Shown here: piece after piece, positions 49,113 to 61,973 of the stretch
How the letters are laid out: each line of letters opens with the position of its first letter
Position numbering within the stretch: the first letter of the stretch is position 1
Assembly: GCA_951406725.2 (NCBI GenBank)
Contig: OX597821.1
Span: 60,202,001 to 60,266,000 of the forward strand
DNA length: 64,000 bases
Direction of reading: 5' to 3'
DNA from: Octopus vulgaris
Lineage: Eukaryota
Notes under the pieces: model-generated
Databases searched by the model: none
What the model saw: only the letters and a program-made list of their open reading frames with translations
What the model was told of the DNA's origin: nothing
Translations under genes and position numbers: made by a program

Positions 49113-51207
49113 ATCATCATCATCATCATCATCATCATTTAGCGTCTGTTTTCCATGCTAGCATGGGTTGGACGGTTCAACTGGGGTCTGTGAAGCCGGA
49201 AGGCTTCATCAGGCCCAGTCAGATCTGGCAGTGTTTCTACGGCTGGATGCCCTTCCTAATGCCAACCACTCCGTGAGTGTAGTGGGTGCTTTTTACGTGC
49301 CACCTGCACAGGTGCCAGACAGAGCTGGCAAACGGCCACAAACGGATGGTGCTTTTACGTGCCACCGGCACGGGGGCCAGGCGGGGCTGGCAACGGACAC
49401 GAGCGGATGGTGCTTTTACGTGCCACCGGCACAGGGGCCAAGCGAGGCTGGCAACGGACACGAACGGATGGTGCTTTTACGTGCCACAGGCACGGAGGCC
49501 AGACGGGGCGGCGCCGACAACGATCGGATGGTTCGCTTAACCACAGCTGCAATTTCCACTGATGTTGATCAGCCTCAATTTTGGCTCTGCTTTCTGATAT
49601 CTGATTTGATTTGGTTTGATTTTGATTTTGATTTTGACTGTTCTCACTGGTCTTGCTGGGTCTTCTCATGCACAGCATACTTCCATAGGTCTCAGTCTCT
49701 AGTCATTTCCTTGGGGAGACATAAAGTTCAAAGGTCGTGCTTCACCACCTCGTCCCAGGTTTTCCTGGGTCTACCTCTTCCACAGGTTCCCTCAACTGCT
49801 AGGGTGTGGCACTTTTGCACACAACTATCTTCACCCATTCTCGTCACATGCCCATACCAGCGCAGACGTCTCTCTTGCACACCACAACTGATGCTTCTTA
49901 GGTCCAACTTTTCTCTCAAGGTACTTACACTCTGTCGATTATGAACACTGACATTACACATCCATCGGTGCATACTGGCTTCATTTCTTGCGAGCTTAAA
50001 AATATCCTCAGCAGTCACAGCCCATGTTTCACTATCATGTAGCATGGCTGTACGTACACATGTATCATACAGTCTGCCTTTTACTCTGAGCGAGAGGCCT
50101 TTTGTCACCAGCAGGGGTAAGAGCTCTCTAAACTTTGCCCAGGCTATTCTTACTCTAGCAGTTACACTTTCAGCACACCCACCCCTGCTACTGACTTGGT
50201 CACCTAGGTAGCGGAAGCTATCAACTACTTCTAGTCTTTCTCCCTGGAATGTGGTAGAAGTTGGTCTCTGCACATTTTCAGTGTTTATTGCTCCTGAGCA
50301 TCTGCCACAGACAAAAACTATTTTCCTAGTTAGCGTTCCTTTGACATTGCTACACCTCTTATGTCTCCATAGCTTGCACTTGGTGCACCTTATAGAGTTT
50401 CTACCTACACCTTTTTTACAGATCGAGCAGGGCCATCTACCTGAAGGCGTTTGTGACTTGTCTACTTTCCTACTTATTAGGACTTTGGTTTTGGCTAGAT
50501 TGATTCTAAGGCCCTTCGATTCTAAACCTTGCTTCCACACCTGAAACTTCTCCTCCAGTTCTGATAGTGACTCAGCAATTAGAGCAAGGTCATCAGCATA
50601 GAGGAGCTCCCAGGGGCATCCTGTCTTGAATTCCTCCACAATTGCCTGGAGGACTATGATAAATAGGAGGGGACTGAGGACTGAACCTTGGTGAACCCCA
50701 ACCTCTACCCGGAATTCTTCACTGTACTCGTTGCCAACCATCACCTTACTAGCAGCGTCTCTGTACATGGCTCGCACAGCTCTAACTAACCATTCATCTA
50801 TCCCTAGTTTCCTCATTGACCACCAGATAAGGGATCGGGGGACCCTGTCGAAGGCTTTCTCCATGTCAACAAAAGCCAGGTACAGGGGCCTATCTTTGGC
50901 TAGGTATTTCTCCTGCAGCTGTCTTACCAGGAATATAGCATCGGTAGTAATTTTCCCTGGCACGAACCCAAACTGCATCTCATCTAAGCTAATTCTCTCT
51001 CTAATTAGTTGGGCTATAACCCTCTCCGTAACCTTCATTACCTGATCCAGCAGCTTGATACCCCTGTAGTTATTTGTATCTAGGGCGTCACCTTTACCTT
51101 TGTAGCAGTTGACTATTATGCTGCTACACCAGTCATTGGGTATGACTCCTTCGTGTATCACCTGGTTAACTATACGGGTGACTAGGCTATAGCCGACACT
51201 ACCAGAT
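49113..51207 (-). mobile_element. RTE-clade LINE, 5'-truncated, young
   Basis: RT ORF, 3' UTR with ~59-bp tandem repeats (49270-49535) and (TGA)n tail; (TA)n flanks. Confidence 0.95.
49728..51161 (-). pseudogene. RTE reverse transcriptase ORF fragment (477 aa) with an embedded C4HC3 finger
   Basis: NYRGIKLL, QFGF, FVDMEKAFD, GVHQGSVLSPLLF, LLYADDL, FRYLG, RLRWYGHV, GRGRPRKTW. No endonuclease (truncated); the stop after KHDL is likely premature. Confidence 0.93.
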
Positions 51208-51208
51208 A

Positions 51209-51251
<43 letters not shown>

Positions 51252-51522
51252 GGTTAGAGCAGCGAACTCGCAGTCAAGGGATCATGGGTTGGAATCTCAG
51301 ACCAGGCAATGTGTGTGTTTATGAGCGAAACACCTAAGTTCCATGTGGCTTCAGCAGAAGGTAATGGTGAACTTCTGACTCTTCTGCCACAATTTTCTCT
51401 TACTCTTTCCTCCTACATCTAGCAGCTCACTTGCAATGGACCTCCTGTCCAGGTGGGGAACCTATACACCAATGAAACTGGCCCTTATGAGCCAGGCATG
51501 GCCCAAGAAGGAACAAACAACA
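51252..51522 (+). mobile_element. SINE family C variant
   Basis: ggttagagcagcgaactcgcagtc...gagcgaaacacctaag. Confidence 0.8.
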
Positions 51523-52286
51523 TATGTATATAAACAACAAATGCAAACATCCCATCTTCAACTGCCTAATGGATATTTCTATGGTTTCATGTATTTGTAT
51601 TATGTGTGTGTGAATGTGCATTCATTTATCGCTGCATGCATTTGCACTGACACTACTCAAACATCAGTATAATTGTTCATGTCACACAGAAACAAAACAC
51701 CTGTTAACTTGGTATCTGATGTGCAGATTCAAAGTCATGAAATAAAGGGCCTTATTTGAACACATCATATTGCAAACTGTTAATCTCTGACTCTGGTCTC
51801 AATATAATTTGATATAATATCCTGATGCATTCCTTCCTTCTGCAACAACTCAGGTGTCATGATTCTTCTTCTTTTTCCCACTCAAGCCTTGGAGGATCTG
51901 TACAATAGTTCTCAGCACTGTTTTTTTCTCTCTTCCATCCAGAACATTATAAAATAAAAAGAATATTGTAACTTACATCTCAAAACTTCATTCATTTTTT
52001 CCCCTATTTCTTCTTGCCTTTTATCATATGCATGTGTATGTATGTGTTTGATCCTTATTTGATGTTCATTTTTCCATGCTTGCATGGAATTTGTTGAGGC
52101 AGATTTTCTGTTGTTGGAAGCTCTTCCTGTCATCAACCCTCACCTGTTTCTAAGTAAGGTAATGTTTCCCCATGGCCAGACTTGTTTTTCACTGAAACCA
52201 GGAAATGAACAACATCTCTTGTATGATGGTGAGGCTTATTTATAACCATCATGTGGTGTCAAAACAAAGGTACACACACACATATA

Positions 52287-52440
52287 TGTGGTTGGTGTTA
52301 GGAAGGGCATCCAGCTGTAGAAACACTGCCAGATCAGACTGGAACCTGGTGCAGCCTCCTGGCTTCTCAGACCCCGGTCAAACCGTCCAACCCATGCTAG
52401 CATGGAAAACGGAAATTAAACGATGATGATGATGATGATA
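52287..52440 (+). mobile_element. RTE-LINE 3' tail
   Basis: ttaggaagggcatccagctgtagaaacac...aaac(gat)n. Confidence 0.9.
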
Positions 52441-53239
52441 TATATATATATATATACATTACGCATCTTTCAGTTTCCATCTATGAAATCCACTCAGAAG
52501 GGTTTGGTCAGTCCAGGGCTATAGTAAAAGATACTCTAGGTACCGCTCAGTGGGACTGAACACAAGAACACATCATTGGAAAGCAAGCTGTTTAAACCCA
52601 CACAGCCAGGCCTCCACCTGTGTGCATGTATATATACGTATGTGTGTATATATTAATGTATTGATGTGTATGTATATGTCTGTGTGTATGCCAGTGGAGA
52701 GTATAGACAGTGTTTGTAGTTCAGCAATTATGTGTAAGTTTTATCTCTTCCATTGACTACAAATAAGATGTTCTTGTCTACCAAGCAGCTAATTTACACA
52801 CTGCACTTGTTCTGTTTTATGTTTATCTTGGAGATATAGTACATATGTTTTGCTTGCATTTGATATAAAATTTAATTATTTCCTTTGATATTTCTCTCTG
52901 GACATTTGTGTCATTGTAAATAGCATTCATGAATACATCCTACTTTTCATTTCCTTATTTTTTTTCCCCCTTTCTTTTATATATTAATTTTCACCAGTTT
53001 TGCATTGAAGCAGTTAGCCCAAGTAAAATAGAAACAGGAAGACAAAACAAAAACAACGACCACAAAAAAACAGATTATTTATATGGCTGCTTGACATATT
53101 AGAAATAACAACCAAATCTCTTCTTACCATCTTAAGCACAAAAGCAGTAGTACTAGTAGTGTCATAGCAGCATCAGCATCAGCAGCAGTAGTAGTAGTAG
53201 TTGTAGTTGTAGTAGTAGTAGTAGCAGTAGCAGCAGCAG

Positions 53240-53620
53240 TGGAGGCGCAATGGCCCAGTGGTTAGGGCAGCAGACTCGCGGTTAGAGGGTCATGGTTTTG
53301 GTTTCCAGACTGGGCATTGTGTGTGTTTATTGAGCGAAAACACCTAAAGCTCCATGAAGCTCTGGCAGGGGGTGGTAGCAACCCCTGTTGTACTCTTTTG
53401 CTCCAACTTTCTCTTGCTCTTTCTTCCTGTTTCTTGTCCCCGACTTCCTATGCAACCACCGAGCCTGGATGCACATTCATCCATCCGTTGATGCTCTCAG
53501 TGTCGGGAGTTGACCTGCTTTCTCTTCTGTGGGTCTTACGAATAGCAAAGGACCACGTTTCGGACTTCTCCCACTAACGGGACGAAGACCGCTTCGCTCA
53601 ACAAACAAACAAACAAACAA
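53240..53620 (+). mobile_element. SINE with a family C head, a different 3' half and an (AAAC)n tail
   Basis: Matches 31490-31683 up to ttcttcctgtttct, then diverges. Confidence 0.82.
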
Positions 53621-54169
53621 GCAGCAGCAGCAACATCAGGGGCATTAGTTCTGTCTTGAGTCCTAGGACTCATCAGGCTGGTTACCTACCTGGTTTCCAT
53701 GGTGCATAAGTAACTGAGGTTACAACACACCTGCCAGTCTTAAAATGGAGGCCACAAGTTTTTAAGTTCTAAATTTTAGGGCAACATGCTTTGAATAGAA
53801 ACAGGAATGACGATAGAAGAGTTTGTTCAGTTAGTTGTTTTTCAAGTTTATTTCAGATTTTCCCATTTTAAGAATCATCTCCGGCTAATTGTTGGGAGGA
53901 CATTGGTGTTGCCTTCGTGGAGGTTTGTGCTCTCTGAGGGCTCTTGCTATTATTAATGTTTTTAACAAGAATGTTATACTCAGGCAACCTACAAGGAACA
54001 GATTGTTCCCATCTTTTCTTTTACAAAGCCAAGACTCATCTAATAATAGTTCCCTCTAAAAGGTGTTGAAATGGCAGAATCGTTAGCACACCGGGCAAAA
54101 TGCTTAGCAGCATTTCATCTGCCTTTGCTCTGAGATCAAATTTCACTGAGGCTGACTTTGCCTCTTTTG

Positions 54170-55081
54170 ATTTGCATAGCCTATATTGGGGATCTACTTG
54201 GATTTTGTCTATCTTGGATTTTATCCAATTAGTCCTTAATGCTTGATCTTATACTGCTATTAATGAACTTTCTGTCTCCTTTTTCAGCCTTTCTTCCTGA
54301 AACCATAACCATGTCTCACTACTACTCTTTGCTGCAGCTATCTTTAGGAATCCACCATACAATGCCTTCTCCTGCCAGTCAGATAACTTCTGTTCTTTTT
54401 CTTGGCTTTTAATTTTCTTTGGGTTTTTGGTGTCCCTATGTTTTGTTGTGACTCTAGCATCTTTTGATAAACTTTCTTCACTATTACCTACTTAGGAGTC
54501 TATATCTACTCTAGCTAACTCCACGTAGTCTTCTACTAATATTAACCCTCTTCTGCCTTCCTTGCTAGGTAAGTATAATCTTGCTACTCCTGCCCTTGAG
54601 TGGAGACCTCCATTCATATTGAATTCCTTTCTAGTTCTTCAGTATAGCTTTGCTAATTCAGTTTTTGTCCATGCTGTTGAGTAGCTAAGTAATGATACTG
54701 CCCAAGTATTTACAGCCTTCACTAAATTCAGACCATTTAGCTTTGACTTCATTAGCTTCCTTACCCTTCTGATGTACTCATTCTCAATTTTTGTTTTCGT
54801 TTCTATAGTTAGTACTCTGTCAAATTCTAACATTCCTAGATACTTATAACTCTCCCCTCTTTTCAATGATTTTAATATCCGGCCATCTGGGAATTGGATG
54901 CCTTCACTGTTGACTACCTGTCTCCTTCTCATGACTAATATTGCACACTTATCTATGCCAAACTCCATGCCTACATATTTGTTGAAGAGTCTTACAGTCT
55001 GTATTAAGGAATCTCTCTTTCTTTTCATTCTTACTAAAAAGCTTCAGATCATCCATGTAGAGCAAATGGCTAATTTCTCCC

Positions 55082-55083
<2 letters not shown>
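54170..55083 (-). mobile_element. R4/Dong-clade LINE RT fragment
   Basis: ISHLLYMDDLKLF...GMEFGIDKC...YKYLG...KLNGLNLVKAVNTWAV; 5' end abuts (TAA)n. Confidence 0.9.
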
Positions 55084-55122
<39 letters not shown>

Positions 55123-55139
55123 CATTATCATCATTATCA

Positions 55140-55183
<44 letters not shown>

Positions 55184-55184
<1 letters not shown>

Positions 55185-55470
55185 GAACGTGGCCGTAGCC
55201 AGCACCGCATTGACTGGCATCTGTGCTGGTGGCACGTAAAAAGCACCATCCGAGCATGGCCATTCGCCAGCTTCGTCTGGCACCTGTGTCGGTGGCACAT
55301 AAAAAGCACCCACTAGACTCACGGAGTGGTTGGCGTTAGGAAGGGCATCCAGCTGTAGAAACACCGCCAGATCTGACTGGCCTGGTGCAGCCTTCGGGCT
55401 TCCCAGACCCCAGTTGAAACCGTCCAACCCATGCTAGCATGGAAAGCGGACGTTAAACGATGATGATGAT
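55184..55470 (+). mobile_element. RTE-LINE 3' UTR fragment inserted in (TTA)n
   Basis: Same sequence as 49113-49400 in the opposite orientation. Confidence 0.9.
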
Positions 55471-55512
55471 TATTATTATTATTATTATTATTATTATAAT
55501 TATTATTATTAT

Positions 55513-56410
55513 AGACATTGCACACTATACAATATCGTGAGGTTGTTGATTGAAGATACTGTGTCTACTAGGGGTTTGTACTGTTTGTCAAGTCACAACA
55601 AGGACCTCAGGCAGACAGTATTTAAAGCAATATGCATGCAGTTCCAAGTAATGCTGACCTTTGCAATACATCCAGATTGTAGGTTATCTCTAAGGTTTTC
55701 AGATATTTTTACAGATAGGGTGGTATTGAATCCAATGCTGCGATGACAATGGGAATAACCTTTATGTTCAACTCTCGTAGCTGACACATCTTACTGCTCT
55801 CAGGTCTCCATATTTATCAACCTTTTCTCTTTCTTTTATGATGATATGTTTATCTCCTGGCAGTGCCACATCAATTATTAGGCACTCTTGTTTGTCCCTC
55901 CTAATGGTTACTATACCTGGCCTTTGGTGCTCTAATACTTTGTCTGTCTGGAAATCAAAGTTCCAGAGGATTTTTGTCTTCCCCTTTTTGTCCATTACCT
56001 TTTCTGTTGTATGTTGGTACCAAACACCTGCAACCTTATATCCATACTTACAGCATAGTAGCTAGTGGAGGTTTTGGGCTACCTTGTTATGTCTATGCTT
56101 GTACTATTTCTGCGCAAGACTTTCACAAGCACTAACAATGTGAGTCACACTTTTGACCCTCTTCTTACACATTGTGTGGTATATATTCTTTTTCACTGAG
56201 TTGGTATTCAATGCCTGTCCTGGGCCACGATGATTAGGCTTTCAGTATCGTTTTTTAGGTCACCCTTGTTAAGCCACCTCCATGATGCTTCGTGGTCTTT
56301 TAATTTGTTGGTTTCGTGGTGGAACTGATCATATAATTCCATATGGAATAGAGTTTCTTCTCTTTCGTTGGCTATTCTTGTTCGGAATTCATTAGCACTC
56401 TCAAGTTCAT
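55513..56410 (-). mobile_element. R4/Dong-clade LINE 3' fragment (zinc-knuckle remnant, RLE endonuclease, 3' UTR)
   Basis: SVTHIVSACESLAQK*YKHRHNKVA...KILWNFDFQTDKVLEHQRPGIV...CLIIDVALPGD...EREKVDKYGDL; 3' end runs into (TAA)n. Confidence 0.9.
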
Positions 56411-56861
56411 TTTGTTGTTGTTGTTGTTGTTTTTGTTATTATTATTCCATTTCACTTCTTAGAGCTCTTGATTTTACTTGCTCTGTCTAATTCTGTAAGA
56501 GCGGATAACAACCTGTTGCCAAGGATGTCACAAAGTCTCTTTTTATGATACTTGACATCCAAGTATCAATCTCAAAATCTTTGCTATACCCAACAAAACA
56601 GTTTTTTGAGCATCTTCTATCCTTATGTCAATCTCAATTTCTTCAACAAATTTCTCAGATCTGGTTGTTAATTATTATTATTATTGCTATCATTATTATT
56701 ATTATAAGCACAATCATGCCTCTGCTATTAAGGAGTTTGCTTATCATTCTCATTGTGTGGAGCCTTTGGGAAGTGTCTTCTACTACAGGTTATTGCTGAC
56801 TACTGCCACCATCAAAAAAGTGAATTTGGTTGATGAAAACTGTATGGAAGCCCATCATATA

Positions 56862-56910
<49 letters not shown>

Positions 56911-58184
56911 ATGTATGTATATATGTGTGTTTATCTGTGCAGATGTTTACATTCTGTGCTTCTCATGCAAAAAGTAGTTAGCTACAAACATTGTTATTTG
57001 TTGACAATTATCTGCTAACTCTGTGTTTTCAAAGACATGTAGTTTGAAAACTCCCTTGCTTGTAAAACGGGTAAGAGTTAACAAGAAGAATAGCATTCAG
57101 CTGTGAAAGAAAACTTCACTAACATGTATTCATCTAACTGATAGCCAACATGGTAAAAATGAATGTAAAACGAATGAGCAATTTTTGCCACAAGTATGAA
57201 GGATCGAAAAACATTACAGAGAAAGGTTAGAAAACCTGGAAGAGTACATTGAACATGAACGAAATGAAGAAATGAAAAGTGATGATATACACTGTATACA
57301 GTAGAAATGGTGGATTCTAGAATCACTAAAAGTACCTTGTGGTATTTTGTTACAAAGTTTTATGTTCTGAATTTCAGATAGTCTCTATGAACTGAGTTCA
57401 AATCCTGCAAAAGATGACTTTACTTATCATCCCAGTGGAGGTGAGTGATGATAGAAGTACCAGAGTACCAAGATACTGTCAGATCAAATACTTGAGTTGA
57501 ATAAACTGTGATACTATTCCTTGAAAATTTCTGGTTTTATGTCAATATAAGAAACAGTGATTATTATCAATAGTGATAGGTCATATATTTTAAAATATTG
57601 AAAGGTTTGTTCTTTATTCTCCTGAGTTTAAATCCCAACGGAAGTTATTTTGTCTTTGATCTCTCTAGAGTAAATACCAGAAGCAACAATCAAACGTAAG
57701 TAATATAATGACTCAAATGAATTGACTACATTCCCATCAGCTTATAATAAATAACAAAAAAATATATCACTTCTGGGAATCGGCTACATCTTCAACAAGC
57801 TGAAGGAATGATAAGAATATAATTTTTGTAGATCTTAAAGGTTCAAAACAAATGAACAGTGCATTAAGCTATCGATGCAGTATAGTGCGGAAAAAGTTTG
57901 AAAACAAATTATTTCAGAATATGATATCATGTGTGCATTTAAAATTTTTACATGCTGAGTTCAAATTTCATACAAGTAAAGTTTTGCCTTTCATCCACCT
58001 GGGTTTGATAAAGTAAATATGCAGTTAATTAGTAAAATTGTTTTAATCAGTTATACCTTGTTCCAAAACTGGTCTGGAGCCAATGTTAGAAATCAATATT
58101 TCAGACAAATCTAACTAATGAAGATATTTCATTTAATTTTTTTCATGATCAATTTTCTAAAAATTCTTTATTTTTATTTTCTAT

Positions 58185-58640
58185 CTTTAACTTGTTGTAG
58201 TCATTGGACTGTGGCCATGCTGGAGCACCATCTCGAAGGTTTTTATGTGACCATGCTGGGGCACTAACTTGAAGGGTTTTACGTGGCCATGAAGGGGCAC
58301 TACCTTGAAGGTACCCCTGGTACTTATTTCTTTTAAGTCTGGTACTTATCCAATCAGTGACTTTTCCCTACTGCTCAATAACTGGGATATTAATGAACCA
58401 ATACTGATTGCCAAGCTAGAGGTAAACACAGACAGAAAGACACACACACATACACACGCATACAAACACTTACACACACACACACACCTATGACTGGCTT
58501 CCACACAATTTGTCTCCATGAAATTCACTCACAAAGCATTGATCTGTCGGGCTATAGTAGCAGACATTTGCCCAAGGTGCCACAAGCACACGCAGTGGGA
58601 CTGAACCTGAAGTCACTTGGATTCAAAGTGACCTTCATTT
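58185..58640 (-). mobile_element. SINE family A, degenerate, with a triplicated ~35-bp tail segment
   Basis: tgtggccatgctggRgcac...gaagg repeated three times at 58210-58310. Confidence 0.8.
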
Positions 58641-61394
58641 CTTTAAAAAAATATCATCTAAAAAAAAAACTACATTTAATCTTTAATTCATAACTTCATT
58701 ATTTCTTCATGTAGAAGGAAATGATGCAAAAATTTAGGAGTCTAGTTCAAAGATATTGTTCAAATTTATAAAAGTGTAAACTCTTTAACTTCTTACCTGA
58801 ATGGTCTTCTCCACTCTATTTTCAGTAACTGCTACAAATTTTGCTTGTTACCAGTCAATAGTTATAGGAAACAAAGTCTTGAATACCATAATCCCAAAAT
58901 ATAGAAAGCACTGCTGCTATTTAAAAAAAAGTCTCCAACTATCTTTAACTTCAAAAGCAAGCTAAAATCTTCATTTTAAAATAGATTTTTAGTATATTTC
59001 TAATCCTACAATGATATAGTTTTTGCCTCTTGTGCATTAAGCATAGTACTTTGAAACCACAGAATAGTCAGTAGCTGTGCTACATTTAGTTCTCATGAGG
59101 AAATTTGAAAAAAGTTGAAGTTTTATAAATACAAAGAAGATTCTTCAGATGAATATCATTAAAATAGCTGCTGTTTTATTGGTGATGAGGTCAGGATGTT
59201 GTTTTAAAACATGGTAAGTATACTGATAAGTATAATCTAGATTTCCTTACAGTAACACAAGGCCACACGTATGTAAGGTAAGGATGAAGTAGTTCAAATC
59301 AACACTTGTTAACTAATATTTATTTCATTGTTTCTGAAGGAACAAAAGGGAGAGTTGACCCCCAAAAGGATTTAAAATCAAATTATAGTGGGATAAAATT
59401 AGGCCCTGAAATAGAATGATTTAATTTAACTCCTTGGAAGATTTTGTTCACAAATTGAATATCTATGGCAATAGAGCTTAGTGGAAACTATCCCTCTTGT
59501 AAATTCAAGACTGTAGAAATGATTCAATCAGAAGATTTGGTTCCAAATTATTAACAGATGCTGAAATTGTTGCTTGCCCTCTAGCAATTTAAATATTTCT
59601 GTTATTCAGATTATAAATCACTTTATTATAATATTTGGTAACCAACCTAATTATTATAGAGACATTTACAATTTTCTCATTTTCCAAAGTTATTCTGTTC
59701 AAACTCTGATTTTACATAGAAATTAAAATTTTTCAGGAACATCCAGATTAAGCTTGAAGCATTCTTCAACAAAATGCTTATGGCAAATATGTTATCTACC
59801 TTTTTTTATATAGTGGTTATAAACATGTTTAGAAAAATAGCTGCATAAACCTGTATATAACCCTGTATTAATCATCATCAGCAGCAGCATTATCACTGTC
59901 ATCATCATCTTTTAATATTCACTTTTCCACATTTTCATGAGTCACATGGAATTTATTGAGGCAGATTTTCTGTGGCTAGATGCCCTTCTTGTCACTGAGC
60001 CTCATCACCAAGGTGATATTTTTCCCTGGCCAGACATGTTTTTCACAGAAAACCAGAAATGAACATTGCAAACTTCTCAACCACACAGCCACATTTGTGC
60101 TTACAAAATCATATTGTTGTACAATAATCTGGATTATAATTTTCAAGAAATAAAAGAAACACAAACATATCTACTCTCTTTTCAAAACAGTCATATTGTA
60201 GTCTTTCTTTTCAAACATGATTCTGAACATGAGAAAAACAAGAGCTATACTTACAATTCATTACAGATCTTGTTAGTTGTGCATTCAGGAATGAGACCCA
60301 TGCAAAAATGTTGAAATTATTGTTTCTGTAGCACCAGCATATCTCTTGCAATGAGCATCTTGTTCTTCTTTTATACAAACACATTTTAGAATTCAAAATT
60401 TAAATATCTGCTTGTTGATAATGGATTTCCACAAATAAATAACAAATAAATCAGAAATAAATAAATGCCAGAAATGTAAATATACTTTGTACTTAGAATT
60501 TTTTTTTCTTTTTGGTGACTTACACTATGCAAATACATTCATAACCAATGAAAACAATATACAAGTATTTGTCAAGTGACTTGAATGGAAACAATGTTTT
60601 TGGTTTTTTTATATGAAAAATAAAGTAATTACTACAAAACAGCTTGAAGAAATAAATATTTATTGACACTGTTCAGTTTGAAGGTGCTTAAAAAAATACA
60701 AGCATTATTTGTCCTCCTTAGCTTCAATGACTAAGTGTAGCAAGCTGGCAGAAGCATTAGTATGTCAGACAAAATGCTTAGTGACATATCTTCTAGCTCT
60801 TTATGCTCTGAATTCAAACCCAGCCAATCTCAGCTTTGCCTTGGTCCCTTTGGGGTCAGTCAAGGACTGGGGTCAATGTAATTGACATGCCAGTCCCTTC
60901 AAAAATTGCTGGCCTTGAAACCTTCAACAGATTGGTGTCCTGTTCATGGGAATGTTGTGACCATGATCACTTATATGCACGGGAAACTTGGTAACAAGCT
61001 TTATGAGTTCTATGGTTCAAGGAAAAATATACATAAAAAGTTTCCTTGAACAATGGATTGGGTGGGGCAATCGCTATTGATGTGATCTCTAACTTTTTGA
61101 CATTGATTAGCCATAGCTATAATTAAAAAATGAAATACTTTCATTTAACTGCCAAGGGAATTTGTAGTATGACTCAACCCTCATCACTCAAACAATCCAG
61201 GACAAAGTCTATAGATGAATATGTAAACTCTCTTTGAGAACTTAGATTAATCTAGGACTGCCAAAGTATCATGGCTAACATATACAGAGACAAAAATATT
61301 TATGACTCATTCAGAATCAGAAACGTTTCTGTACATATAGCAACCTGACTACTAGAAAAACAAAACCTTAGTACTGACTTCTGTTACTTAAGAA

Positions 61395-61891
61395 ATAACC
61401 ACGATAAATCCTCAGGTATCTAGGGGGGGGGGCTTGTACTGTTAGTCAAGTCACAACAAGGACCTCAGACAGACAGTACTTTATGCAATATGCATGCAGC
61501 ACTAAGTAATGCTGACTTTAGCAATACACCTAGATTGTAGGGTATTTCTGAAGTTTTCAGATGTTTTTTCGGATTGGGTGGTATTGAATCCAATGCTCCG
61601 ATGACAATAGGGATAACCTTTATATTCGACTCTTGTAGCTACCACATATTATTATTATTATTATTATTATTATAGACACCGCACAGTATACAATATCGTG
61701 AGGTTGTTGATTGAAGATATTGTGTCCACCAGGGGTTTTGTACTGTTTGTCTAGTCACAAGGACCTCAGGCAGGCAGTACTTTACGCAATATGCATGCAG
61801 TTCCAAGTAATGCTGACTTTTGCAATACATCTAGATTGTAGGGTATCTCTAAGGTTATCAGATGTTTTTTTCAGATTGGATGGTATTGAAC

Positions 61892-61895
<4 letters not shown>
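61395..61895 (-). mobile_element. Two tandem Dong-family 3' UTR copies separated by (ATT)n
   Basis: Both match 55513-55785 (agtcacaacaaggacctcag...gcaatatgcatgcag...gtattgaatccaatgct). Confidence 0.85.

Positions 61896-61973
<78 letters not shown>

Noticed and set aside
49168-49944. 258-aa plus-strand ORF
   Set aside because: Antisense to the RTE 3' UTR tandem array and ORF end; its periodicity comes from the repeat.
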